Source of the DNA: Camelus ferus
Lineage: Eukaryota
Assembly (NCBI RefSeq): GCF_009834535.1
Contig: NC_045696.1
Span: forward strand, 90,212,001-90,276,000
DNA length: 64,000 nucleotides
Direction: 5' to 3'
Positions 1-13,935 of the stretch are shown in pieces (within the stretch, counting starts at the first letter, position 1; the number at the start of each line of letters is the position of its first letter). Made by a program: the position numbers and the translations under genes. The notes under the pieces were generated by a model. It saw only the letters and a program-made list of their open reading frames with translations, made no database searches and was not told the DNA's origin.

Positions 1-556
1 AGCACATACTCTATGATCTAACAGTTCTACTCTTAACCTTGTACCTAACACAGACACATATATATGTGCAACCAAAGACATGCTCAAAAATATTCACAAA
101 GTATTATTTATAATTTCAAAACACTGAAGTAATTCAAATGTCTATCAGCAATAGTATGGAAAAGTATTAACAATGTATGTAGAAGTATATTCATAGAATG
201 GAATACTGTGCAGCAAAAAGAATGAATAAACTATAACTATGTACCACAGCATGGATGAAACTCATAGTCATAAAGTTGGGTCAAAAAAGCCAGACACAAA
301 AGAATACATGCATATCAAGTTCAAAAACAAGCAAAACTAATCTGTGGTGACAGAAGTCATAATGGAGGTCATTCGGGGGATCAGTGACTGGGAAAATGCA
401 TGATGGAGGCTCCTGGGTTGCTGGTAACATCCTACTTCTTGATTTGAGTGGTAGTTATATGACTATGTTCCTTCTATAAAAATTCATTCACTTCTAACTT
501 ATGGGCTTTTCTGCATGCATGTTAAATTTCAATAAAAATTACAAAAAAAAAAAAAG
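1..556 (+). mobile_element. Old L1 (L1M-type) 3' end with poly(A)
   Basis: L1 3'UTR phrases (tattcatagaatggaatactgtgcagc, aaaagccagacacaaaagaatacatg, gcaaaactaatctgtggtgacagaagtc), then AATAAA and an A tail at about 531-556. Confidence 0.85.
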
Positions 557-667
557 AAAGAAAATTATTCTATGTACCTGAAACATTTACCAAAAGAAAA
601 ACTTTAAGAGGAGAATTGATTCTATTTGGCCATGTATCTGCTCTGGGCACAATAGTTCCGGGCATGG

Positions 668-1129
668 GTACTGGGTTGAATAGTGTTTCCCAGGTCATGC
701 CCATCCAGAACCTCAGAATGAGATCTTGTTTGAAAATACAGTCTTTGTAGACTTGGGTTAAGATGAGGTCATACTGGATCAGGGTGGGCCCTAATCCAAT
801 TACAGGTGTCCTTATAAGAAGAGGGAAACTTGGACAGAGATACAGAGAAAAGAATGCCATGTGAAAGCAGAGAAAACGTCATGACAGGCAGAGGCTGGAA
901 TGATGCAGCCACAACACAAGGAAACCCAAGGACTGCTGAAAAACAGCAGAAGCCAGAAGTATCAAGGAAAATTCTTTCTCTGACAAGAAAGCCTTGTTAA
1001 AGAACACGGCCCTGCTGACACCTTGATTTCAGACTTCTAACCTCCAGAACTACAAAGGAATAAATTTCCACTGTTTTAAGCTGCCCAGTTTGTAATAGTT
1101 TGTTACAGCAGCCCTAGGAAACTGATACA
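668..1129 (+). mobile_element. MaLR solo LTR (MLT1B/C-like)
   Basis: gggttgaatagtg...agatgaggtcatactggatcagggtgggccctaatccaat...aataaatttccactgttttaagc...gcagccctaggaaactgataca. Confidence 0.85.
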
Positions 1130-2769
1130 GCAGGTACAGAAAAAAACCCATTTTAAAAACAAGCACTCAGAAGGTTGAAAAGGGGAAGCACAGAGAGCGA
1201 GCGAGCTTGGCTGGAACCAGGAGGAAAGCCTGACCCCTCAATTTCAACCACTTGGATTGTGTTTGGTGCTCTAAAGAGGACCCATTGATTTTATAATACT
1301 GCTAAGTCCTATTCCAAGGCCCAGATATGAATAAATAGGCTCGTTAGGGGACAACACACACAGAAAATAGAAAACAGATTTCTTAGAAAAGAGAAATAAA
1401 CCAAGTTGGGACACTTTTTAAGACAAAGAGCTTGGTCTGGTACACCTGTAAATTAAAGATGAAGTGTTTTGCTTACAAAATACCACTCTGCCATGAAGAG
1501 AGAAATGTTTTTACATATTAAAAGTAACAGCTGTGTTATTTAACGCAACAGAAAGAATACATGCAAAACACCATCTCAGGAAACCCTAAGAAAGACTGGC
1601 TGTAAAGGGTAAACTTGTCAGAGAAGGAGTGTAATAATCTGGGTAATTCACTGAAGTGTTCTTCTGTGGTGGGGGAGGGAGGGACATGACTCCCTACACA
1701 AGCAATCCCCCCAAAATGTCCAATCCTAGCACTGATCATAAATATGCTAAAAGAATGGATCTAATCTACGTCTTCAGCATCAGACATTTACTGCCCCTAC
1801 TGAAAGAGGGTGAGGGAGAGGTTGCAGTGAGTGAAGGGGTGAGGATCTGGATTTCTCCTATTGATTCCTCACTGTCACACAGGTTGTGCTTGTCTGAAAT
1901 TAACCACCCTAACGTTCTATAGGAGCAATGGCAGTCAAAGCTCATGTTCCCCGAGGTTGAACCGCAACCACCAGATCATGCAATCTTTGCTATAAAGTCG
2001 AAGTTTATTATACATAAGGGTTACTTAAAATGAGGTGATGGTAAGTTTGAAAATTCACTGTATTCTGTTAACAGGGTTTTTTGTTTGTTTTTTTTTCCAA
2101 AATAGTCACTGAATCCAGGAAGGGTGAAACTATACAGAGCACAACCTTGCAGGTCTGAACACCTTTATTTGGAAATTGTGATTACCTGCCTGAGGCCTGA
2201 GTTATGTCTTCATTTGTTTCAAAAACGTTTATTTCTAGCATACCCTCAGGGTACATAAAAGTACAAAAAGATTACTAACTCAACTACAGAAATCATTTTT
2301 TAAGGACTGCCAGATATTTTGAAAGCATTTTTGTGATGTACATATGCTAATAATACAGTCTTCTGATTATTAATTCAAGGAAGGTAAGGGCCTCAACCAT
2401 GCAATACTGTTGATTTGCTTATTATTATACACAGTTTAAAATAATCTTTCTTTAAAAAACTACATCCAAGACTTTTCACTCATTCAAACTGCTCTTCTTG
2501 TCTATCATTCACCTATAACATCTCACCCTAAACATGTGTAGCCTACTTAAAGTGAATTCAATGTGGAAACTTGTACTCATGATGCAGATAATTTTAAGGC
2601 ATAAATGTTCATTTTACCAATGAGATCTTCATTTTAGAGAGAGATTGACTAAGGAAAAAAATTACAAGACGTTTCCATAATATGCTTAAAATAAAATTCA
2701 ATTTACACACCACTCCTCAGAAATGTATCTGAGGAAAATGAGACATAAATCCAACTCCCCACTCTTCCC

Positions 2770-3098
2770 ACAGACACATAGCTAGTCCATCACTTCACTC
2801 AGGACTTTCAAACACTCCCCATCAGTGAGAACTGCCCTGCCCACCGTATGCAAAAATTATCCTGTGCCCATAATTCTCTATCTCCCCTTATTCTGCTTTA
2901 TTATTTTCAGAGTATTCATTACCATCTGACATATTGCCCAGCTATTTATTTTTGTTGTTGGTGCTTAATTTTTGTCTTATCCCATTAGAACATAATTATC
3001 TTGTGGGCAGAGTCTTGCTGAGCTCCAGTTCTAAGAACAGTCCCTGGACAAACAGCAGGCAATCAATAATTAACTGTTAAACAAGTGAATGAGTGAAT
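2770..3098 (+). mobile_element. L2 3' end
   Basis: cccattagaacata...aacagtccctggacaaacagcaggcaatcaataat...gtgaatgagtgaat tail. Confidence 0.7.
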
Positions 3099-4164
3099 AC
3101 CACAAAGTAAATGAAATAATGTCTTACAATCTGCAGTGAAAAGAAGTTGAATCTTGTCTTCAATGCATTTTAGATTAGGAAGAAATGATTATTTCACTTG
3201 GGGTATTAATAACTATAGTGATACACTTTCCTAGAATTATTTTGCACGGAGTAAAAAGCTTCAGGGCAGATCTTTTATGAGCTGCCCACCAACTTTCCCC
3301 ATTTTAAGTCAATAGGGATAATTAACTTAGTACAGAGGTTTTTTTTTAAACAGTAAGATTATTAAAAACTGAAGCTGCTTGACGGTAGCAACAGTTAAGA
3401 ATCTGGGATATGGAATAAATCGCATCTCTCCAAAGAGAGGACAGCTCTTTGACTCAGGTGCAGCCCATTCTGACTAAAGAATGAGGTTGTGCGGTGTTTC
3501 CCTTGTGGGAGTCCTGACCTCTAGCCGTCAAACATGAGGTGATGAAGCGCTTGTCCTTATTATTATGCACTTTGTGTGGTAATGGATGTCTTCTTTATCT
3601 TCTCAAAGGTAGTACTTTGTTTATGAGTCACCTCTAAAATCTCCTTTCTTTCTCAGGTGGCCTTTCGTTGTGTTCTATTGTGGTAACACCTATTCTTCAT
3701 CCTTGTCATGTCTGGAGTAAGGCAGCATTTTAGAAAATGAATCTGAACTACACGTTGCACCACAAATGATATGCACCCCGTAATCTTTCAATACGTTCAT
3801 ACCTAGTGTGTTCGGTGGTTTGCGTTATGCTTCAGAGAGCTGTTTCTGACCTCAGAAACTCCTCATATCAGTAATTCTTTCCAGTACACACTAGCTATGG
3901 GGAAGAGAGAAGAAACCAGCCCAGAGTGGCTCTCTTCCCCCAGAGAGAAGGATTCTGGCCCAACAAAATGAACTTTCTGACTCTTAACAGACTAACAACA
4001 GACTGAGGTCTTATTTCTGACTCCATGGGGGAAACCCTGAAGGACCACATAGAATCCATAGGAAAATGTGTCACTTTCAAATGCGCCAAACCACAGGAAG
4101 CTCATTATAACTAGGGCTCCCCAGAGTGCCCTGCTGGATTCTGAATGTAATTCAGGCTGCCACC

Positions 4165-4555
4165 TGTTGGATCAGTCAGCTCAGGCTAAGTTATGCTATG
4201 AGTAGGGGGAAAAAAAATCTCAATGACTTTCAACAATATGGTCTATTTCTCCCTCATGTAACATGTCAAGAGTCAGCTTTAGCTCTGGCATCTTCATCCC
4301 CAGCCAGGCTGTAGGCACAGCCCCTCTCTGGGACATGTCAGTCTTGAGGCAGAGGTAAAAGAGTAATAATGGAACCACACGATGACTCTAAAGCTTTTGC
4401 TCACGATTGGCATGTATCACCTCCAGTTGCATTTCACTGGCCAAAGCAAGTCACATGATCAATTCCAACACCAGTGGAGTGGGACTCTAAACCTCCTGCA
4501 GGAAGGGGCCAACAGGGAGGCACAGTGATACAATACAGTAACAGTAATACAATAT
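4165..4555 (-). mobile_element. Old MaLR LTR (MLT1J/K-like)
   Basis: tcagctcaggctaagttatgct...catttcactggccaaagcaagtcacatg. Confidence 0.65.
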
Positions 4556-4599
4556 ACCAACCCTATGATCTAAAATCCTAAATGGTTTAGGACATTATT

Positions 4600-4790
4600 G
4601 CTTCACCAGCCTGGGAGTATTCACACATCCTTTTGAGAATCTGATAAAGTACAGAACTAATTCCCTCAAAATGTACACATATATAAATCCTATCCCCAGA
4701 AATATGCACACATACAAATACCAACAAAATCTTGCATATAATTTCAAGGGTCAGAGACCCCTATCTCCATATAGGAACTCCAAATCCAGA
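4600..4790. mobile_element. hAT-Charlie MITE (Charlie4z-like)
   Basis: cctttgagaatctgataaag...aaaatcttgcatataatttcaagggtcagagaccc. Confidence 0.6.
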
Positions 4791-7700
4791 ATAACAATTC
4801 TTGTTTTAGAGAGAAAATTTCTCTATAGATCATTAAACAAACTGCCATTTGTCAACATGAAGTCAGCTTCTTCATTCTACCTGAAATTACAGGGGAAAGA
4901 CCTCATCCAGGAAGGACATCTAGGTTCTCTGCAAACTGTCTGCTAGGCTTGCACTGAGAGCCGAGGCCCTAGATCACTGCCCTCCACATCACCTGGCAAA
5001 GGCCACTGAAAGAGAACCACACTGCCTTTAAATTATTTTTTCCAGTTTAAATTGTCCACTATTTTGTCATAATGCTTTCTTCTGTTTTATAAATTATGTA
5101 TGTGTGTATTATATATGTATATATACACACACACACACAATACTGAAGTTATACTGAAACTTAGTAATATGAGTAATATTATTAGCTGTATTATTACTTA
5201 GTAATATTACATAAATCACATTGCCTTATCCTAAGACAACCAAACACTGTCAGTTTACACACACACACCTGTGTATCTGTGGCTCTCTCATCTCCATAGA
5301 GCTGAGGATCATATACAAAAATCAGCTTTTATCTAAACTCTAGCAAAATCCTCACATGTGGCCACCATGATGACTGGACAAGAGAGCTCAGAGAAAGAGA
5401 GCAAAGCCATCTTCACCCTATCTGGAAAGCAACTCTACCAGCGAGCCTGATATCAGGGCACATGGCCTGCCATAGATGTGATGACATTTTACCAAATGCC
5501 AAATGACGTGGAATCAGCCACCTACTAATGTAACAAACACCTGACAACGACTCTCAGCTGGCTCCTTGAAAGACCCATTTTTGTTCACACCATCGTTTGA
5601 GTTTGACTTTTTTGAAGCAGATTTATTTATTTTTAGCTGTGGAGCCAGAGATCCACACAAAGTATTTTAAGGACGTGGGTGAGCCAAGGAAAGTGCCAGT
5701 CAGAGGACATGGCACGGGTCATCCTGAGCAAAGCTGAACACAGTTTTGACTTTCTGACCTGTGCATGTCTCTGTGAGGTGGGGTAAAACATGGAGCAAAC
5801 ATCATTTTAATTTGAGAAAAGAAAACATTCTGAACATTTTATGACTTCAAATTTCAACTTGGAGCAGCCACAATTGGAATGCTGCTCCGGGATGTAAAGG
5901 GAGGGGCCCAGCAAGTCACAGGCTCACGTCCAGACTGGTCTCCATGGCACAGGCCGCACAGCTGTATGTGTATGAGGGAGCCGCTGCCCATGCCTGGGAG
6001 GCTGGAGGAACAATGTGGTCTCAGCAGAGAAATCGCCTCCTGTGTTCTCATGTAAATAGACTCTCCACTTCAGAGTTCTTTTCTTTTTTTTTTTTTTTTT
6101 TTTTAACTGAGATAAAGTTGGTATATAAGTTTCAGGTGTGGGGAAAAAAACACTCAATGTGCTATAAAATCTCATTAAATTAAATTAAAGCAAAATGACT
6201 TTACCTTGGAATTTAGCCACAATCCAGAAATGCTTTCTGTTGGATTCTAAAACTCTATTTGAATTTTACATTTAACTGTATCCACTGCTTTAAGCAAACC
6301 CAACACATAAATTAGGGGGTGAGAATTTGCTTTACAAAAACCTTCACTAAGGATTTCTTTAAATTGAAACCTTCCCTGGAGGCACTTAGAAATAAATTAT
6401 GAAAATATAATACACATTTTGGTACACAGCTAGCATATTAGGAAAGCACACCAAACACCCATTATTTACACATAATATTGTTCCTTACGACTTTGCTAAA
6501 ACATAGGTATCAAAACAACAACAAAAACCCTCTAAGTATAAAGAACAGTCACATTCTATGATCTGCAAAATAAACAGTTGTTTAAGACAATAATAAAAGG
6601 AGTAATATTTGTGCAAAATATATAAAGTATAAATTCTATCATTTAAGAGGGAATATGGCTTACCTGTTATTAATTTCATCCTAATAGATTTAAATATCAA
6701 AATCACACAGCATATTATAATTTTTATTTTCTAATAATAATTACTGTGAAATAATTACAAGTGAAAACACATGTAACATTTTTCCCATGTGGCGCCACTC
6801 TAAATCCTGTTTCATCCATCTCCTCTCTCCTGTTTCTCAATGCCCTAGAAATAGCCCACCCCAGTTATAAATGCCACGTCAGCCACAAACACAGTCCCAT
6901 ACCAACTAGTTCTGCCTTGCTCCCCTTTATCATGGTTCCAGGAATGGATGGCTATGGAACAGGCACCAAAAGACACCTTTCAAGCTTTTATAGACCAATG
7001 AGAAGATGGGTCTCCAGATAATGGACCATTTTAACACCCCAATGCCTCATATTCAGACATTCTCATTATAGAGATGTCATGATTAGAAAATCCAAACAAA
7101 GGAAAATCATTTTCCATGATTTACACCTATTTCCTAATATTTTAAAATATCACATAAGCTTCCCTAATGTCTTATTGCTTGTGGCAAGACACTCTACATG
7201 CTGATATCAGCTGAAAATTGGGATGAAATACAGAAAGTGGGAGGAGTGAGAAGACTTATCAGAGGGGGAATGGAGCCCAGAAATCTTGATTAGCAATCAC
7301 TTCCACCATGTAATGAGTTTCTGGACCAGCAGGGGTGAAATTGCATGCCAAAAATCACAATAAATTATCCTCCACTTGAACACAGACTAGCCATATCATC
7401 ACCTATTTCCAGGTTTAGAAGATTGAACTTATCAAATGCACTGCTGAACAAAAGCTGGCCCTCATTTCCTAATGCAGGTGACTGTGCTGTATGATTGATT
7501 GAGTGTGGATGAAGGTTTGGTGATATGGAACAATGATCAAAGACTATATATCAACCACTGGGGCATGGAGCACTGTTATTATAGTGTCAACCAATAAACA
7601 TAGTCTTTTAAGAGACTCTACTGGTAGCACACTAATTCAAGAGCTGGGCCACCTCTATAGAATAACTGCTCCACAGAGAAATGCACATAAAGGAACCACA

Positions 7701-8149
7701 ATTACTATTTCCCTTCCTTCAAGTAATATCACCTGGAAGTGGAGTAAGCTACCTATGCCTTCCAAGTGTTCAAAAAATCGGTTAAATTTTATCAAAATGG
7801 TTTGGAACAGCTTTGAAAGCAGATGTTAAAGAAGCCATTTCGATGTGCCCTTCTATATTTGCTAATATTCCTCTCTTAATCTCCATCTTTCAGTAGCATC
7901 ACAGGAAGAGGATATAAATCTGTTTATGTTTAACACTCTCCAACAAATACCAATTTCAAAGAAAATCAGGCCAAAGGAAAAATGAAATGGCAGAGGAACG
8001 CAGAGTCTCTAAGGTTCAGATTCTTGATAAATATGACCAAGATTGTGAATTTGCATTTATATATGGTTTAACGAAAAATTCTTCCTGAGATATCCTATAA
8101 GTCAACAATGTCACGCTTTTCTGTGTACCAACACTTGTTGAATTTCAAG

Positions 8150-9690
8150 CATTCATTCGTTCATTCATTCAAGATCAGCTCAGTAAGTGCTGACTGAATT
8201 AAAACGTGTTAAGTTTTGAGTTCAGCACAGGAGATACAAAATGAAAATACTTAAGCCTGCTCTTAATCCCAGTATGGGGGGTGTGTTTAAACACTAATGA
8301 TTTAGAATAATGAAAAAGAGCAGGATAAGCACAATGATAGAGATGGGCACTGAGTATTCTTAACCTCCTGTGAAGGCTGCCTACACAGAAAGCAAGACTT
8401 TCCCCATGGCGGGATGCCTGCACTTCGTGCAGTGGAAGAAGGGGATGGCCTGAGAGGAGAGCCTGAACAAAGGCACAGAGACCAGAGAACAGAGGACAGG
8501 GAACTGCAGCACTGTGGAATGTCAAAAAGCCAGGGAAGGAGTAGCAAGAGACAGGTGGAGAGGCAGGCAGGTGAGGTCACAGGGTCTTGTGATACCACCC
8601 AAGGCCTGGCCTTATCCCACAAGCCACAAGGAGCCACAAAAGAGGAGTGACCTAGTGAGATACAATGTGGGGAGTTAATCCAGGTATAACTTACAGTCGG
8701 CCCTTCATACTTGCAGTTCCTCCACATCCTCGGATCCACCCAAAAACAGACCATGTAACACTGTAGTATTTACTACTGAAAAATACCTGCATAGACGTGA
8801 ACCCAAACAGTTCGAACGCATGCTGTTAAAAGATCAACTGTATATCTTTAAGAGACGCTTCTGGGAACTTTATGAAAAATGAGAATCAGACCAGAATCAA
8901 AGTGCTCAATTAAAAGCAGTCCTGGTGAGAGTGGCTGAAGATCTGAACTACGGCAGGGGAGACAGAACAGATAGGAGGCAGGGGAGCTAACACTGCCAGA
9001 AGCTGACGCTGCACTGGATATAAGGGTGAGGAAAAGAGAAGTGGCAATAAGGCCTCTGGTTTGGGGTCCTTCTTGGCAAGTGAGTGAAAGGTGATGCTGT
9101 TGAGTCAGAAGCAGAATGAAGGGGGGGGGAGCTAATGTAAGTGTAGATGATGGATCCAGTCATCATCTGTGTTTGGGGGCCTGTGGGGTCCCCAGAAGGG
9201 GCTGCACTTTTTAATCTAGGGGTCAGGGTGAAGGTCTGCTGGAATACAAAGACAGAGGATTGTTTCCAATTATACAACAGTTAGTACCGAAAAAAATGTT
9301 ATCACCCACAGAGAGCATGTGAATCAATAAAAACCATGGCTGAGACCAGAACCTTGGGGAATACTTAATATTTAAAAAGTGAGAAGAGGTAAAAGAAACC
9401 AACTTTGAAAGAGAAGGAGGGGAACATGTCATAATTGAAAGCAAGGAGGCAATGAGTAGTGCCAAATGCACAAATCCAGCAGAGATGTTCCACAACAACA
9501 GAGACTGGAAAACATCCGCTAGATCTGGCAACTAGAGAATGTCACCGTTGGCCCCAATGAGCCCCGTATTAATGGTACGACAGGGTGAGCCTGTAAGACA
9601 GTGAGCTGAGGAGTGACCCAGGGAAGTAGCAATAGCAGACTATTCCTTCAAGAAATCTGATTAAGAAGGGGGATAAGAGAGTACACACCA
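8150..9690 (-). mobile_element. L2 fragment (interrupted by a Tigger MITE)
   Basis: Starts with a (CATT)n tail at about 8150, followed by purine-rich antisense L2-like sequence. Confidence 0.7.
8694..8840. mobile_element. TcMar-Tigger MITE
   Basis: Imperfect TIRs cagtcggccctt...aaagatcaactg flanked by TA target duplications (8692-8693 and 8841-8842). Confidence 0.75.
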
Positions 9691-10709
9691 GTTCAAAAGG
9701 GGGATGGAAAGGCTGAGAGAGGCTGGCTTACATCTTTGTTTTGCAAAGATGAGGGACTTAAATGTGTTCATAAGCTGGAGGGTACATGTTATGAAGGTGA
9801 GAAAGGTTGAAGTTTCCAGATTCAGGGGGATGAGAGACTGTGTATGGGATCATAAAGGACGGGGTCTGCCCAGGGAAGAGAAGAATGGTGCCAGCTTCAG
9901 TTTTCTAGGTGCCATGCTTTCTGCCAAACTGTCTTTCAAATAATTTTTTTAAAAATCACCTATGCCTTCCTAAAAAAGTTGCTGCCGCAAGAGAAATAAT
10001 GTCAGCCTTAGTGCTGATTTCAGAGTTCCTAATCACTAAAGACTGTGAAAGAAATAAAAAATCCACAGAACAAGTAACTTGCATTGACAAACCATACACT
10101 GACACACAGAAATACAAGCATATTCGTTAAAGATACAGTATACCAGCTTCTAAACATTGTCCTACAATCAACAGCTGTGTAGGTCAACAGCAAAATGACT
10201 TGAAAAACACACGGGGTCTTTGATCTCAAACAGGATCTCTGTGACCTCCCCAGGAAGTCAGCCTCCACTCAAAGGCCCAAGAAGCTTGAATGCCAAATAC
10301 TATGCACCATTCAGCCTTACATGCACCTTGTGTTTAGTTCCAGCTTTGGCAAGGCCTCACCACATAGACATATGCATGTTCTGTACCTGCTCATTCCTCA
10401 TTCCCTCCTTCCAACAGGAAGCAGGAAGGCTAATCCAATTCACCCCGGGGGGTAGGAGACCCTGGTAGGAACACCCAGGAATTAGACAGAACAACAAAAA
10501 TCAACAGCAGCCCAGCTGGGAGCAGGAAGAAAGAGGAAAGAGAAACAGCTCAGGCAAAGGAAGGTGTCGGAATTCATCAATTAGGTCCTCCAGAGGGCCT
10601 TTCCACCCATTCTCACTGCTAGCAAAACTCCTCATACTATTCTAAAACCATCTGACAAAGTATTGCTTTATGAGACCACATCCAGTGGGAAAAATAAGAA
10701 CGTAGGGCC

Positions 10710-11780
10710 ATTACCTCACATCTCCTGATAAAATTAATTCTAAATGGATCAAAGATGTAAATCTAAAATACCAAACCATAAAAGCAGCAGAAGAAAACCC
10801 AGAAAAAAATTTTTTTAATCTCAGAGTGGGAATGGCCTTTCTAAGTGTGATGCAAAATCCAGAAGCAATAAAAGAGCGATACATTTGACCAATATTTAAA
10901 ATTTCTGAGTTGTTAAAAAATGACAAATTAGAGGAAAATATTTGCAACTCATATTCCAAAGAATTGATTTCTTTAATGAAGAGGTCATACAATTTTAAAA
11001 CTCAACAATCCAATAGGAAAAGCAGAAAATATAAACAGATAACTCACTTAAATACATGAATTGATCTTAAATATATCAAAAGATTCAACTTCATTTTGAT
11101 AAGAGAAATGCAAATTAAAACTATAATGAGATGCCATTTAACCTATTAGGCAAAGATCAAAATATTTGAAAACACAGAGTGCTGAAAACGGTGTGGGAAG
11201 AAAGTAATTCCCTACATTGCTAGTTAGATTGCAGATTGACACGACATATATGTAGGGCAATTTGGTAATACCTATCAAAATTTAAAGTGTATGTACCCCA
11301 TGGCTCTGTAGCTCCACTTCTAGGTATTTATATGTAGGCTATTTGTACAGAGATCTTTTTTGAACACTCTTTTGGAGAAGCAAAAGATTTAAAACAATCT
11401 AAATGTCCACCAATAATAGTAAATAAATTCCAGTTTATCTTTACAATAAAATACTATGAAACCTTTTTTTAATGGGATAGTATTACATGTACAAATAAGG
11501 AATGGCCTCCAAAATATGTTGAATAAACAAAAGAGTAGGTAAAAACAATATATAGCAGTGTACTATCATTTATGTACAGATTAATACATATACACATGAA
11601 ACTATGTTTGCAAAATGCATGAACTATCTCAGGAAGAGAACAAAAAAGTGATTGCCATTGAGCAAGCAGAGCCGGGTAACCAGGAGAGAAGGGAAAGCAG
11701 GAGACTCACTTTTTATTATATGCCATTTTATATCAGTTGTGTGGTATGTACCTGCATTACCTATTCAAAAGTGAATTTAA
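10710..11780 (+). mobile_element. Old L1 (ORF2 end plus 3'UTR), degenerate
   Basis: aaattaattctaaatggatcaaagatgtaaat, agagaaatgcaaattaaaactataatgagatgcca, ccacttctaggtattta. Confidence 0.85.
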
Positions 11781-13539
11781 TTATATAGAGTCTTTATGCT
11801 CAGCCATATGATATCATCTGTTACTGGGAGATATATTGTCAGGACAATAACTTTCTTTTTCTTCTGTGAATTTTTAAGATCCTCTATTTTCAACACTCAT
11901 CTCACTAGATGACAAGCACATGTGTCTGGAAGTTTAGAACAGCAGTCTGCTTCTGATGAATGGGGGTCTTAAATAATTCAAATACAATGCACACTGAAGC
12001 CAATTAAAATAATTTTTGAGCCTCCTTAAATCCTTTTTGGAACACTGAATAAATTTAAGTAAACTCTTTTTTAACAAACTATAATTTTATAGCTTTTGTA
12101 TTCAAATCAGACAAAAAGACCTAAGAAGACAGAACTATTATAATCCTAGGATCTACACAGTTGCCTGGTAAGAAGTATGGGCTTAACAGAAACTTGTTGA
12201 ATAAATGGATAAATGAAAAATGTAATAAGCTATAAAATCCTATTTCAGTTGGAACAATCATAAAAAGAATGTAAGATCTAGGTGGAGTCCTCCCAACTTC
12301 AATGAATTGTCTCTATTTTGTTGTTATTGTTGTTTTAGAAAACTCTAAATGTCAAAGCTAATTGCAGTTCTTACCCTGCCACCTTTGTTCACATTCAATC
12401 ACCCTGCCCTCTTCCTTTACTCCAGAATTTAAAACAGTAGTTAATACTGGCCCCAAGACACTGTTTAGCGATTAATGACCTTAACGTAAATACACTTTCA
12501 TCTTTATTGCTACCATGCTGGAAAGCCTTCACTTTTTGCTTTCTCTGGAAGGCAGTTAGGATTTGGGTGTGTCATCACTGAGTAAAAGATATTACTTATT
12601 TCACAACTTGGATGCTGTATACTTTTCTCTATTCCTCTAGTCTTTATTAATAGAAATTAGGGGTAGCAATGCATTTCCTACCTTATCTGAAAATTTTCCC
12701 CAGTACCAGAAAGGAGCCCACCACTCTATGGTTCTATGCTGGATGTGGTAAACATGTCATGCACTCCTTTCTCTTTAATGGGAAACCCTATATGCAATGG
12801 GAGTCTTCCAAATTAGTGTTACAATGTTTTAATAATGCTCTGTGGGTTTGGATGTCACAGACTCAGATTTTCTCAGATATTGCTGAGATAGGTCACAAAA
12901 CTCAACTGTTTCCACACTGTACTACATCAGCTGCACCCTATTTTCCTCCAAATTTAGATGATTAACAGACTATTTTAATTGTGCTTGGACAATGCACAGA
13001 CTTTCAGTGCACTCTGCCACGAGGCCCTGTAGCACAGCTGCACACGCTGATTCCAAAGCAAAAGCAGGATTTCAAATGGAAATGGAAATTACTACCGTGA
13101 ATCTTCCTAGGAACGCTGGCAGAAGGGCTGGGTTGTCGAACCTGCAATTAACCAAGGATTTTAGTTTTAACTCTCAGAAACCCATTTGAGACCATCTTTA
13201 GGAGGAAAAAGGGGAGGAGAGGATTTACTATGATACATGTGTGTCTCGCAACATCTTCTAGAAGGATGAGGACCAGAAATGTCAGAGCAATCAGGGACCA
13301 AAGAGGCAACCTCTCCTTCAGATTCACATGCCCTCTCCCTCTCCCCCTCCCTCCCCCTCTCTCGCAGAGTCTCCTGGCCTGCTGCTCTCTGCACATGTAT
13401 AAATTTGGTCACTGGGTGCTCATCCCTATGGCGATCAGGACAGGTAGGGGTATGCCATAATGAGCTCGAAAGAAACTTAAATATGTACCTATTGCCCTTC
13501 AGTGCTGCCCAACACTAGTAAGAGATAAGCTAGGCTTAT

Positions 13540-13935
13540 TGTATCTAGAAGGATAAGCTAGGCTTTTGCAACAACAAGAACCTCCAAATCTCAAAGGTCT
13601 TCAAACCACAAACGTTTTGTACCCACTCATACTCCATGTCCACTGCAGGTCAGCAGAGGACTCTTCTCCATGTCATCCTAACCCTGGGAACTGAGCCGAC
13701 AGCACCTTTGGCTTTGAAAACATCTCTGGCCAAATGGAGGGCAGGGACATGGCGGCTGTACACAGCTCTTGCTTGCTTAGTCCAGAAGAGAACATGTTAC
13801 TTCCATTTATATATCACTGGCCAAAGCAAGTCACTGGGCAACACCTCATTTCACGGGGACAGAGAGGAGTGATCCTGGGATGTGTCCAGCAAGAGGAGAG
13901 CTGATTGTCTTTGAGCAGCAGTGATGATTACTACA
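13540..13935 (-). mobile_element. Old MaLR LTR (MLT1K/L-like)
   Basis: ggataagctaggcttttgcaacaac...cactggccaaagcaagtcac. Confidence 0.6.

Noticed and set aside
3539..3750. C/D box snoRNA starting at GTGATGA
   Set aside because: No D box (CTGA) or terminal stem at a suitable distance.
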